In this document: piece after piece, positions 7,226 through 16,173 of the stretch
How positions within the stretch are numbered: position 1 is the stretch's first letter
Layout: every line of letters starts with the position of its first letter
Source of the DNA: Gemmatimonadota bacterium
GTDB taxonomy: Bacteria > Blakebacterota > Blakebacteria > Blakebacterales > Blakebacteraceae
Length of the DNA: 39,643 nucleotides
NCBI GenBank assembly: GCA_030631625.1
Contig: DAOVKT010000002.1
Location: 1 to 39,643 of the forward strand
Direction of reading: 5' to 3'
Translations under genes and position numbers: made by a program
Notes under the pieces: model-generated
What the model saw: the letters and a program-made list of their open reading frames with translations, nothing else
What the model was told of the DNA's origin: nothing
Databases searched by the model: none

Positions 7226-9799
7226 ATGAAGCAATCCATCGACGAGACAGAGGCTTTCGGGGAGTTTCTCAGCCGCCTTTTTGAGCGGGATTGGGCAAAG
7301 GAGTCCATAACCGCGGTGCGTCAGATCGACCCCCGGCCGGCGCGCTACGCCGAGTGGCCCCAGTCGGTCGACCCCAGGCTCCGGGAGGCATACAGGACGC
7401 GCGGTATCGATCGGCCCTACATCCAGCAGGGCCGGACATGGGAGCACGTATTCGGGGGCCGCGACGTTGTTGTGGTGACTCCTACTGCGTCGGGAAAGAC
7501 CCTCTGCTACAACATCCCGATATTGCAGACCGTCATTGAAGATCCGGCGGCCAGGGCGCTCTATCTCTTTCCGACCAAGGCCCTGAGCCAGGATCAGGTA
7601 AACGAGCTCCAGGGGATAATCGACGCCCTCGAGGCCGACATCAAGACCTTCACATATGACGGCGATACCCCTGCGGATGCGCGCCAGGCGATCCGGGCCC
7701 AAGGGCACCTGGTGGTGACCAATCCCGACATGCTACACCAGGGGATCCTTCCGCACCACACACGCTGGCAGAAGCTTTTCGAGAACCTGCGCTTCGTCGT
7801 GGTGGACGAGCTGCATACCTACCGTGGAGTCTTCGGGAGCCACCTGGCCAATCTCTTTCGCCGCCTGCGCAGGATCTGCCGCTTCTACGGTTCCGATCCC
7901 GTTTTCATCTGTGCCTCGGCTACGATCGCCAACCCGAAGGAACTCGCCGAAGCGCTGCTTGAGCGGCGGGTAGAGCTGGTCGACGAGAACGGGGCCCCCC
8001 AGGCACGCAAGTTCTTCGTGCTCTATAACCCGCCCGTGATCAACGAGCAGCTGGGGATCAGGGCCGGCGCGATATCACACGCCCGCAAGTGGGCCCGCCT
8101 CTTCCTCAGGAATGGGGCCCAGACCATCGTCTTCGCCGGTTCCAGGCTCTACGTCGAGGTGCTGACGAAGTATCTGAAGGATACCTTCGACCGCAGGAGG
8201 GTGGGGAAGGGTCTGATACGCGGCTACCGGGGGGGCTACCTGCCCAACATGCGCAGGGAGATAGAGGCGGGTCTTCGCACGGGCGAAGTCCGCGGGGTGG
8301 TTTCCACGAACGCCCTGGAGCTGGGTATAGATATCGGCGATCTGCAGGCGTGCGTGATGGCCGGCTATCCCGGTTCCATCGCCAGCGCCTGGCAGCAGGC
8401 CGGCCGTGCCGGCCGACGCTCCGAGACTTCGGTGGCCGTGCTGGTAGCCTCCTCCCGCCCGCTCGACCAGTTCATGGTCACCCACCCCGACTACTTCTTC
8501 GGAGCGAGCCCCGAGCATGGCAGGATAAATCCCGACAACCTCCTGATCCTGGTAAGCCATATCAAATGCGCCGCCTTCGAGCTGCCCTTCGAGGAGGGGG
8601 AGTCTTTCGGAGGCGAGCCGCTGGAGGAGATACTCGACTACCTGGTCGAGCAGAAGGTCCTGAATAAGGCGGGCGGTCGCTGGCACTGGATGCAGGATGC
8701 CTACCCGGCCGACCAGGTCAGCCTGCGCAGCGCTGATCCGGAGAACTTCGTGGTGATCGACCAGACCGATGGGGCCAGCGTACTGGCCGAAGTAGACTTC
8801 GATTCGGCGCCGGTGACCCTCTACGAGGGTTCTATCTATATGGTCCAGTCGGAGCAGTACCAGGTAGAGAGACTCGACTACGAGAACCGGAAGGCTTATG
8901 TCCGCAGGGTGGACACCGACTTCTTCACAGATGCAATCAGCTACACAAGGGTGCGGATCCTCGATGTGTTCGATTCAACCGCTCCGGAGGCGCATGTATC
9001 GGGACAGGGGTTTGCCCCTGAAGAAGATCGGGAAGTCGCGGAAGAGGAGAAACCTCTGGAAGGGGTTGGGGTGCAGGCCGATGAGAGCCTGGTCGTACCG
9101 GGGGCCATAGGGGATCTGGTGGGAGGACCGGGTGTGGCGGGGTGCGTATCCGAATGCGGCGAGGTGCACGTGCTGACACATGTCTCCGGCTTCAAGAAGA
9201 TCAAGTTTTATACATCGGAGAACGTTGGATACGGGGATGTTAACCTTCCCGACCATGAGATGCATACTACTGCATTCTGGTTGACCGTACCGGAACGGGT
9301 CCTGGAGCCGTTGGAACGAACCAGAGCGGAAATCGTCGATGGCATGTTCGGCATCGCCTATGCCCTCCAGGAGGTAGCCTCCCTCTACATGATGTGCGAT
9401 ATACACGACCTGGGCCGCAGCGTCGGCGACAAGTCGGCCACCTGGCATGCAAGCCTCGGAAGGGGAAGCCGGGGTGTGCGGTACAGTACCGGGATCGGCG
9501 TCGAGGAGAAGGATGTCGACCTGGAGGCGCTGGAGACCTTCCAGCCGACCATCTTCCTCTATGATAACTATCCCGGCGGGATCGGTTTCAGCAACTCACT
9601 CTACGACCTGGCGCCGGAACTGTTGAAGGCCACCTGCCGGCTGATCCGCAATTGCTGCTGTCCAGAAGGCTGCCCCTCCTGCGTCGGGCCGGTAGGAGAG
9701 GTCAGCGAGCAGGGCAAGTCGGTGGCCCTGGAGATACTCGCACACGTATTGGGCGGCGCCGTGGAAGTTACAGCGAACCGGATGCGGGCTTCCACGTGA
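7226..9799 (+). CDS. mrfA: DEAD/DEAH-box helicase with C-terminal MrfA Zn-binding (DUF1998) domain, MrfA/YprA family
   Basis: Motif I 'TPTASGKT', motif II 'VVDELH', motif III 'ASAT', motif V 'TNALELGIDIG', motif VI 'QQAGRAGRR'. C-terminal 'LYDNYPGGIGF...CCCPEGCPSCVGP'. Collinear by eye with B. subtilis YprA. Confidence 0.85.
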   Translation: MKQSIDETEAFGEFLSRLFERDWAKESITAVRQIDPRPARYAEWPQSVDPRLREAYRTRGIDRPYIQQGRTWEHVFGGRDVVVVTPTASGKTLCYNIPILQTVIEDPAARALYLFPTKALSQDQVNELQGIIDALEADIKTFTYDGDTPADARQAIRAQGHLVVTNPDMLHQGILPHHTRWQKLFENLRFVVVDELHTYRGVFGSHLANLFRRLRRICRFYGSDPVFICASATIANPKELAEALLERRVELVDENGAPQARKFFVLYNPPVINEQLGIRAGAISHARKWARLFLRNGAQTIVFAGSRLYVEVLTKYLKDTFDRRRVGKGLIRGYRGGYLPNMRREIEAGLRTGEVRGVVSTNALELGIDIGDLQACVMAGYPGSIASAWQQAGRAGRRSETSVAVLVASSRPLDQFMVTHPDYFFGASPEHGRINPDNLLILVSHIKCAAFELPFEEGESFGGEPLEEILDYLVEQKVLNKAGGRWHWMQDAYPADQVSLRSADPENFVVIDQTDGASVLAEVDFDSAPVTLYEGSIYMVQSEQYQVERLDYENRKAYVRRVDTDFFTDAISYTRVRILDVFDSTAPEAHVSGQGFAPEEDREVAEEEKPLEGVGVQADESLVVPGAIGDLVGGPGVAGCVSECGEVHVLTHVSGFKKIKFYTSENVGYGDVNLPDHEMHTTAFWLTVPERVLEPLERTRAEIVDGMFGIAYALQEVASLYMMCDIHDLGRSVGDKSATWHASLGRGSRGVRYSTGIGVEEKDVDLEALETFQPTIFLYDNYPGGIGFSNSLYDLAPELLKATCRLIRNCCCPEGCPSCVGPVGEVSEQGKSVALEILAHVLGGAVEVTANRMRAST

Positions 9800-11154
9800 C
9801 CCGCGACATCCGTAACCGTCTTGCAAAGGCCCTGGAGAGGGGTGAGGTGCGCTCTGCCGGCTCCACTCTCGGGCCAGGAATGCGCAGGAGGCTGGAGCGC
9901 GCGCTGGCCGGCAGCGGGCATGAAGGGGATACACCTCTTCCCCGCCTGTATTCAGCTGATAATCTCGCCGAAGGGAGTGTCGCAGAAGGGGTCGAACCCT
10001 TCCCGAGAGGGCTGGTAGGATGCGAGGTTGAAACCCCGAAGGGGAGGGTCCTCAAGTACCGGTGGAGTACCCCCCTACAGGAACTGGCGAGCGTGCAGGA
10101 CTTCGATGGCGCCTCCGAAGGCTCCGGAGTGCTCTCCGTGCTGCTGGAGAATCCCTCACTCGAGAAGTTCGACCTGAGCCGCGCACTCTACCTTGACACA
10201 GAAACGACCGGCCTGGCGGGTGGTACCGGTACCTACATATTCCTGCTGGGGCTCGGGTGGGTGGAGGGTGATGACTTCGTCGTGGAGCAGCTCTTCCTGC
10301 GCGATTTCGGTGAAGAGGCTGCTCTCCTCTATCTGGCCGGAGAGATCGCCGGCCGCTTCGATGTCCTGGTCACTTTCAACGGCAGGCGCTACGACCTGCC
10401 CCTTCTGGATACCCGCCTCGTGATGAACCGCCTGGAGGGGAACCTCTCCACGTGGCCCCATCTGGATCTGCTCTATCCGGCACGCCTGCTTTACGGCGGA
10501 ACCTTCGAGGACTGCCGGCTGCAGACGCTCGAGAAGGAGCTGGTGGGCCAGTACCGCCACGGGGACGTTCCCGGCTCAGAGATCCCCAGACTCTACTTCG
10601 ACTACCTTACCGGAGGAGACGTCACGAGCTTGGTCAAGGTGTTCGAACACAATTTTCTTGATGTGGTCACTCTGGTCACCCTGACCGCCCATTTCCTGCA
10701 TCTGTGCCAGAGGCCTGAACTCGACCCGCGCGCTCTGGCCGGTCTGGGTCGCCTTCACCACAGGAGGGGAAACAGAGAGCAGGCGCTGCGGCTTCTCGAG
10801 CAGGCCCGCTCCCGTCGGGCGGCGACCTATCGAGACCTGCGGGACCTGGGATTTCTCTACAAGCGCAGCAGCGACTACCGGAAGGCGCTCGAAGTGTGGA
10901 AGGCGCTGATATCACGCCAGAAGAAAGTGAGTAGCGAACTTGCCTTCGATGCCACGCCGTATGTCGAGGCCGCCAAGCACTACGAGCACAGGGTGCGTGA
11001 TTACGCACGCGCGCTCGAGTTCACCGAGGGCGCCCTCGTGCAGGCCTCGGCCTCCTCCAACGGTCACAAGCCGTCGGGGAGGGTGATGGACCAGCTGCAC
11101 CACCGTGCCGGCCGACTCAAGCGCAGGCTGGAGAGTAAAAGAGCTTCCACCTGA
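9796..11154 (+). CDS. mrfB: RNase H-like/DEDD 3'-5' exonuclease with C-terminal TPR, MrfB/YprB family
   Basis: 'LYLDTETTGLAGGTGTYIFLLG', 'VTFNGRRYDLPLL' and 'HLDLL...EHNFLDVVTL' match YprB by eye. TPR-like tail 'LGRLHHRRGNREQALRLLEQA...LYKRSSDYRKALEVWKAL'. I place the start at GTG 9796, which forms a GTGA overlap with the mrfA stop. The ORF-track start at 9652 lies inside mrfA. Confidence 0.8.
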   Translation: MTRDIRNRLAKALERGEVRSAGSTLGPGMRRRLERALAGSGHEGDTPLPRLYSADNLAEGSVAEGVEPFPRGLVGCEVETPKGRVLKYRWSTPLQELASVQDFDGASEGSGVLSVLLENPSLEKFDLSRALYLDTETTGLAGGTGTYIFLLGLGWVEGDDFVVEQLFLRDFGEEAALLYLAGEIAGRFDVLVTFNGRRYDLPLLDTRLVMNRLEGNLSTWPHLDLLYPARLLYGGTFEDCRLQTLEKELVGQYRHGDVPGSEIPRLYFDYLTGGDVTSLVKVFEHNFLDVVTLVTLTAHFLHLCQRPELDPRALAGLGRLHHRRGNREQALRLLEQARSRRAATYRDLRDLGFLYKRSSDYRKALEVWKALISRQKKVSSELAFDATPYVEAAKHYEHRVRDYARALEFTEGALVQASASSNGHKPSGRVMDQLHHRAGRLKRRLESKRAST

Positions 11155-11236
11155 GCTTAAGAGTTGCTCCTGCAGTCCGACCCGGAGTTTCCCGTTCCGG
11201 CACTTCAAGTGTCCCGGCATCAGAGAGGATGACCAT

Positions 11237-12634
11237 ATGAGTGAGCAACGACCGCCCGTTTACCCGTACATACCCAATTCCGTTCCCAAGGTGAAGGAAC
11301 AAATGCTGAGGGAGGTCGGGGCCGAAAGTGTGGAGGAGTTTTTCGAGGATATCCCCGATAGTCTGAGGTTGAAGGGAAAGATGAACCTGCCCGAGCCGCT
11401 TCTCTCCGAGCAGGCCCTGAAGAGGCATGTCGAGGGCATCCTGGCCAGGAATGCAACCGCCCGCGAGAATCTTAACTTCCTAGGCGCCGGATGCTGGCAG
11501 CACCACGTCCCGGCGGTGTGCGACGAGGTGAACAGACGCGGCGAGTTCCTGACTGCCTACGCCGGCGAACCTTATGACGATCATGGGAGGTTCCAGACTC
11601 TTTTCGAATATGCCAGCATGATGGGGGAACTCCTCAACATGGATGTCGTGAACGTTCCCATCTACGACGGTCTTCAGGCGGCGGCCACGTCTCTCTGCAT
11701 GGCAACACGTATCACAGGCCGCCGCCACGCCCTGGTCTCGAAGGCCATCGGCGCCGAGAAGCTGTCGAAGATCAGGGATTACTGCAGGCCGTCGGCCGAT
11801 ATAGAGCTCGTTGGCTTCGAAGCGGAGACGGGGCAACTGGACCTCGGGGAGCTCAAGGGGCGGTTATCCTCGGATACCGCCGCCCTCTTCCTGGGCAACC
11901 CCTCCTACCTCGGCACTATCGAGCAGGCGGGAGGGGAGATTGCGGATATTGCGCACGAGAAGGGCGCCCTCCTGATTGTCGACGTCGATCCGATATCCCT
12001 TGGTGTGCTCACCCCGCCGGCCGATTACGGCGCCGACATCGTATGTGGCGACATCCAGCCTCTTGGGATGCACGTGCAGTTCGGTGGTGGCCAGGCGGGG
12101 TTCATCGCTACCCGCGACGACGAGGAGTTCGTGATGGAATACCCCTCCCGTCTCTTCGGGATAGCTCCTACCAGAGTTGAGGGGGAATACGGCTTCGGCG
12201 ACGTGGCATATGAAAGGACTTCCTTCGCAGTCCGTGAGGAGGGCAGGGAGTGGGTCGGCACGGCGGCTGCGCTGTGGGGAATCACTGCCGGCGTTTACCT
12301 GGCTCTGATGGGACCGCAGGGGATGGCCGAAATCGGCGAGGGGATCATGGCGCGTGCCCGGTACGCCATGCTGAAACTCGACACGATCGAGGGCGTCAAG
12401 GCTCCTCTCTTCTCCACGCCCCATTTCAAGGAGTTCGTGGTCAACTTCGACGGCACCGGAAGGTCGGTGGCGGAAATAAACAGGGCCCTTCTGGCGGGGG
12501 GGATCTTCGGCGGAAAGGATCTGACACAGGAGTATCCCAAACTGGGCAGCAGTGCCCTTTACTGTGTCACCGAGGTACACAGCAGGCAGGATATAGACAG
12601 GCTTGTAGAAGCTTTGAGGGAGGAGGTGGCCTGA
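11237..12634 (+). CDS. gcvPA: glycine dehydrogenase (aminomethyl-transferring) subunit 1
   Basis: 'YIPNSVPKVKEQMLREVG', 'FLGAGCWQHHVP', 'TAYAGEPYDDHGRFQTLFEY', 'CGDIQPLGMHVQFGGGQAGFIA'. Start at ATG 11237 (MSEQRPP...). The longer ORF from 11105 overlaps mrfB. Confidence 0.9.
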   Translation: MSEQRPPVYPYIPNSVPKVKEQMLREVGAESVEEFFEDIPDSLRLKGKMNLPEPLLSEQALKRHVEGILARNATARENLNFLGAGCWQHHVPAVCDEVNRRGEFLTAYAGEPYDDHGRFQTLFEYASMMGELLNMDVVNVPIYDGLQAAATSLCMATRITGRRHALVSKAIGAEKLSKIRDYCRPSADIELVGFEAETGQLDLGELKGRLSSDTAALFLGNPSYLGTIEQAGGEIADIAHEKGALLIVDVDPISLGVLTPPADYGADIVCGDIQPLGMHVQFGGGQAGFIATRDDEEFVMEYPSRLFGIAPTRVEGEYGFGDVAYERTSFAVREEGREWVGTAAALWGITAGVYLALMGPQGMAEIGEGIMARARYAMLKLDTIEGVKAPLFSTPHFKEFVVNFDGTGRSVAEINRALLAGGIFGGKDLTQEYPKLGSSALYCVTEVHSRQDIDRLVEALREEVA

Positions 12635-12635
12635 G

Positions 12636-14222
12636 ATGGGACAGAGAGATATCACGAAGGAGCGCTACAGCGACGGGAAACCCGTACTCCGCCGCTTCCA
12701 CCAGGCAAGGTGGGATGAGCCGATAATCTTCGAGCTGAGCCGCGCCGGCCAGAGGGGGATACTCGTGCCGGAGGTGGATGAGGAGATCCGGGCCAGGGCC
12801 GGCGATGTTCTGGCCACCCTGCCCGATGGTATGAGGAGGAAAGATCCGCCGGCCCTGCCCGAACTCTCCCAGCCACAGGTGGTCAGGCACTATGCCCGCC
12901 TCTCCCAGGAGAACCTGGGTGCCGACCTGAACGTAGACATCGGCCAGGGCACCTGCACGATGAAGTACAGCCCCAAAATCAACGATCAGCTTGCTGCAAA
13001 CCCGAAGCTGCTCGACCTCCACCCCTTCCAGGATGAAGAGACAGTGCAGGGAATCCTGGAGGTGATGTACCGGTTCGAACAGATACTGAAGGAGATCTCG
13101 GGGCTCGACCGCTTTTCGCTGCAGCCAGGGGCGGGCTCGGCGGCGATCTATGCGAACGTCTCGATAATCAGGGCATATCACGAAGCTAGGGGTGAATCGA
13201 AGCAGCGGGATGAGATAATCACCACGATCTTCTCCCATCCCTCCAACGCGGCGTGCGCCAAAACTGCCGGTTACAGGGTTATAACCCTCTACCCGGACGA
13301 TGACGGCTACCCCGATCTGGATGCGCTCAAGGCTGCGGTTTCGGAGCGCACTGCCGGCCTTCTTATCACGAATCCGGAGGATACCGGGATATACAACCCG
13401 AAGATCGCCGAGTTCGTGGATATTGTTCATGGGGCCGGAGGACTCTGCTCATACGACCAGGCCAACGCCAACGGGGTACTGGGGATCACCAGGGCCCGCG
13501 AGGCCGACTTCGACCTTTGCCACTTCAACCTCCATAAAACCTTCTCGACCCCGCACGGCTGCGGCGGTCCGGCCGTAGGCGCCACAGGCGTGAAAGAAGA
13601 ACTGGCCCGCTTCCTGCCGGTTCCGCTGGTGGAGTATGACGGCGAGAGATACCGGATCGACTACGACTTGGCCGACAGCATCGGCAAAGTAGGCTCCTTC
13701 CACGGTGTGCCGGCGGTAGTCGTGAAGGCCTATGCGTGGGCAATGAGCCTGGGGGCCGATGGCCTGAGGGAGGTCGCCGGAATAGCCGTTCTTAACAATA
13801 ACTACCTGCTCAAGAAGATGCTCGAGATCCCGGGTCTCAGCATCCCATACGCGAAGGGCAAGCGCCGGATCGAGCAGGTCAGGTACAGCTGGGAGAAGCT
13901 GGCCGAGGAGACCGGTGTCCACTCCGAGGAGCTGGGCATCCGGGCCGCTGACTTCGGCGTGCACTACTGGACCAGTCACCATCCCTTCGTAGTTCCCGAG
14001 CCATGCACCCTGGAGCCGACCGAATCGTACTCGAAGGATGAGCTGGACGAGTACGTGGCGATCATAGCGCACGTTGCAAGGGAGGCTTACACAGATCCCG
14101 AGATCGTAAAGAGCGCCCCCCACAACAGCACCGTCCACACCATTGAGCACGAGCCCTTCGACGACCCGTCGCAGTGGGCCGTGACGTGGAGGGCCTTCCG
14201 CAGGAAGGTGGGCGGTGACTGA
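12636..14222 (+). CDS. gcvPB: glycine dehydrogenase (aminomethyl-transferring) subunit 2
   Basis: PLP-lysine region 'CHFNLHKTFSTPHGCGGPAVG'. 'LQPGAGSAAIYA'. Starts 1 nt after the gcvPA stop. Confidence 0.9.
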   Translation: MGQRDITKERYSDGKPVLRRFHQARWDEPIIFELSRAGQRGILVPEVDEEIRARAGDVLATLPDGMRRKDPPALPELSQPQVVRHYARLSQENLGADLNVDIGQGTCTMKYSPKINDQLAANPKLLDLHPFQDEETVQGILEVMYRFEQILKEISGLDRFSLQPGAGSAAIYANVSIIRAYHEARGESKQRDEIITTIFSHPSNAACAKTAGYRVITLYPDDDGYPDLDALKAAVSERTAGLLITNPEDTGIYNPKIAEFVDIVHGAGGLCSYDQANANGVLGITRAREADFDLCHFNLHKTFSTPHGCGGPAVGATGVKEELARFLPVPLVEYDGERYRIDYDLADSIGKVGSFHGVPAVVVKAYAWAMSLGADGLREVAGIAVLNNNYLLKKMLEIPGLSIPYAKGKRRIEQVRYSWEKLAEETGVHSEELGIRAADFGVHYWTSHHPFVVPEPCTLEPTESYSKDELDEYVAIIAHVAREAYTDPEIVKSAPHNSTVHTIEHEPFDDPSQWAVTWRAFRRKVGGD

Positions 14223-15348
14223 GGCAGCCGGCAGGTGTCCGAAACTGGGGTTGATTGTCAATCCTGTTGCGGGGTTAGGTGGCAGGGTCGGTCTGAAGGG
14301 AAGCGACGGGGAGGAGATCCAGAAGAGGGCGCTGGAGCTGGGGGCCGTGCCCGGGGCACAGGGGAGGGCGGCCCAAGCCCTGGAGAGGGTGAGCAGTATT
14401 GTGAACACCGACATTATTACCTGGCCGGTGGAGATGGGAGAGGATGTGGCGAAGAGGTGCGGCCTGGATCCCACCGTCGTCGGTTCGATCGAACCGGGCA
14501 AAACGAGTGCGGAGGATACCAGGCACGCAGCCGCCGGAATGCTGCAGGCCGGGGTGGACCTGCTCCTCTTCGCGGGTGGAGACGGCACGGCGAGGGATAT
14601 ATGCGGTGCTGTTGGCTCGAAGGTGCCCGTGCTCGGCATCCCCGCCGGAGTGAAGATCCATTCCGCGGCCTTTGCCACGACACCTCTGGCCGCAGGAGAT
14701 CTTGCATCGCTCTACCTGCAGGGAAGGGTATCCGCGCTCAGGGAGGCCGAGGTCATCGATATCGACGAGGAAGCACTGCGGCGCGGTGATATCACGGTGC
14801 GGCTATTCGGATACCTGAAGGTCCCTTTCAGGACGAGCCTGATCCAGAGCCTCAAGAGCGCCAGCGGTCCAGGTGAGAAGGTGGCCATGCAGGCGATAGC
14901 GGCCACCGTGGTCGAAGTGATGGAAAAAGGAGTTCTCTACATCATCGGGCCGGGAACCACCACAAGAGAGGTTATGACCGGCCTGGGGTTGGGGAAGACC
15001 CTTGTAGGTGTGGATGTCGTTGAGGATGGCAGGATTGTAGCGTCCGATGCCAACGAGTCACAGATCCTGTCACTCATCGCGGGTCGCCGGGCTGTTATAG
15101 TGGTCACTCCCATAGGCGGCCAGGGCTGCATCTTCGGCAGGGGAAATCAGCAGATCAGCCCCGAGGTCATCAGGCGGGTGGGCAGGGAGAACATCATCGT
15201 CGTCGGCACGCCGGATAAACTCAACACGCTGGCCGGGCGCCCCCTCTGGGTTGACACCGGCGACAGGGAGGTTGACGGGATGCTGTATGGCCACTACAGG
15301 GTGGTGACAGGCTACAACGAAGAGGCTATCTGCAGGGTATCAGGCTGA
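14215..15348 (+). CDS. ATP-NAD kinase family protein (COG3199-like)
   Basis: 'LGLIVNPVAGLGG' and the 'LLLFAGGDGTARDI' (GGDGT) motif. The GTG start overlaps the gcvPB stop by 8 nt. Confidence 0.65.
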   Translation: MTEAAGRCPKLGLIVNPVAGLGGRVGLKGSDGEEIQKRALELGAVPGAQGRAAQALERVSSIVNTDIITWPVEMGEDVAKRCGLDPTVVGSIEPGKTSAEDTRHAAAGMLQAGVDLLLFAGGDGTARDICGAVGSKVPVLGIPAGVKIHSAAFATTPLAAGDLASLYLQGRVSALREAEVIDIDEEALRRGDITVRLFGYLKVPFRTSLIQSLKSASGPGEKVAMQAIAATVVEVMEKGVLYIIGPGTTTREVMTGLGLGKTLVGVDVVEDGRIVASDANESQILSLIAGRRAVIVVTPIGGQGCIFGRGNQQISPEVIRRVGRENIIVVGTPDKLNTLAGRPLWVDTGDREVDGMLYGHYRVVTGYNEEAICRVSG

Positions 15349-15402
15349 TGCAATCCTGGAAACAGTTCGCGACGTTTATTTCAGGCTATTAAGGGCAAGG
15401 AG

Positions 15403-16173
15403 ATGATTGTGGGTACTCTCGAAGGGAAGAAGGCTCTGATTACAGGCGCCGCCTCGGGTATAGGCAGAGCGACCGCTCTGCTCTTTGCACGGGAGGGCGC
15501 GGCGGTCGCCATCGCCGATATCGACCGTGAAGGTGGAGAATCGGTAGTAGAGACCATCGCCGGGCAGGGCGGCAGCGCCGTCTTCATACCCTGTGATGTA
15601 TCTGTAGCTGAAGACTGTAATCGTGCTGTGGAGCGGACGGTTCAGAAGTTCGGCAGACTCGATATCCTCTTCAACAATGCCGGAATCATCCGGCGCGCCA
15701 CGGTGCCGGATACCACCGAGGAGGAATGGGACCGGGCGATGGCCGTGAATTCAAAATCGGTCTTCCTGATGTGCAGGTACGCCATTCCGGTCATGGTCCG
15801 TGCGGGTGGGGGAGTGATTATCAATACGGCCTCCGGCTGGGGACTTGTCGGTGGCCGCAGAGCCGCTTCCTACTGCGCCTCGAAAGGGGCGGTTGTTCAG
15901 CTCACCAGGGCGATGGCGCTCGACCACGGCGAGCAGAACATCAGGGTGAACTGTATCTGCCCCGGTGATACCGATACACCGATGCTGCAGGAGGAGGCGC
16001 GTCAGCTGGAGCTGCCCCCGGTGGAATTCGTGGCCGGTGCGGCAGACCGGCCGCTCAAACGTGTGGGATCTCCGGAAGATATAGCCCGGGCGGTCCTTTA
16101 CCTTGCCAGCGACGCTTCCTCTTTCGTCACCGGAACGACGCTGGTCGTGGACGGGGGCGGGCTGGCGGGTTAG
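15403..16173 (+). CDS. SDR family oxidoreductase
   Basis: 'ALITGAASGIGRA' (TGxxxGxG), 'NNAG', catalytic 'YCASKGAV'. AAGGAG abuts ATG 15403, so GTG 15409 (6-nt spacing) may be the true start. Confidence 0.85.
   Translation: MIVGTLEGKKALITGAASGIGRATALLFAREGAAVAIADIDREGGESVVETIAGQGGSAVFIPCDVSVAEDCNRAVERTVQKFGRLDILFNNAGIIRRATVPDTTEEEWDRAMAVNSKSVFLMCRYAIPVMVRAGGGVIINTASGWGLVGGRRAASYCASKGAVVQLTRAMALDHGEQNIRVNCICPGDTDTPMLQEEARQLELPPVEFVAGAADRPLKRVGSPEDIARAVLYLASDASSFVTGTTLVVDGGGLAG

Noticed and set aside
7085-7708. 207-aa minus-strand ORF overlapping the mrfA 5' end and the upstream intergenic region
   Set aside because: It overlaps the helicase motif I region on the other strand. It has no SD and a shadow-ORF composition.
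7226-11154. Helicase + nuclease pair as a novel anti-phage defence system (DISARM/Hachiman-like)
   Set aside because: The architecture matches the housekeeping MrfA/MrfB (YprA/YprB) repair pair residue block by residue block. The neighbours are core metabolic genes. I see no methylase, PLD or DUF1837 genes and no mobile-element context.
11100-11236. Possible glycine riboswitch upstream of gcvPA (a CTGGAGAG string at 11128..11135)
   Set aside because: Only the GGAGAG-like string is present, and it lies inside the mrfB coding end. I could not find the conserved 'CACCGAAGGGGCAA' or 'CUCAGGCAAAAGGAC'-type elements, and 82 nt of spacer is too short for a tandem aptamer. This should still be confirmed with cmsearch.
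13449-14678. 409-aa minus-strand ORF (also 11864..12655 and 12567..13430)
   Set aside because: These ORFs lie antisense to gcvPA, gcvPB and the NAD-kinase-like gene. They have low-complexity Pro/Ala/Ser/Arg composition, while the opposite strand has the PLP-lysine motif and full-length family collinearity.
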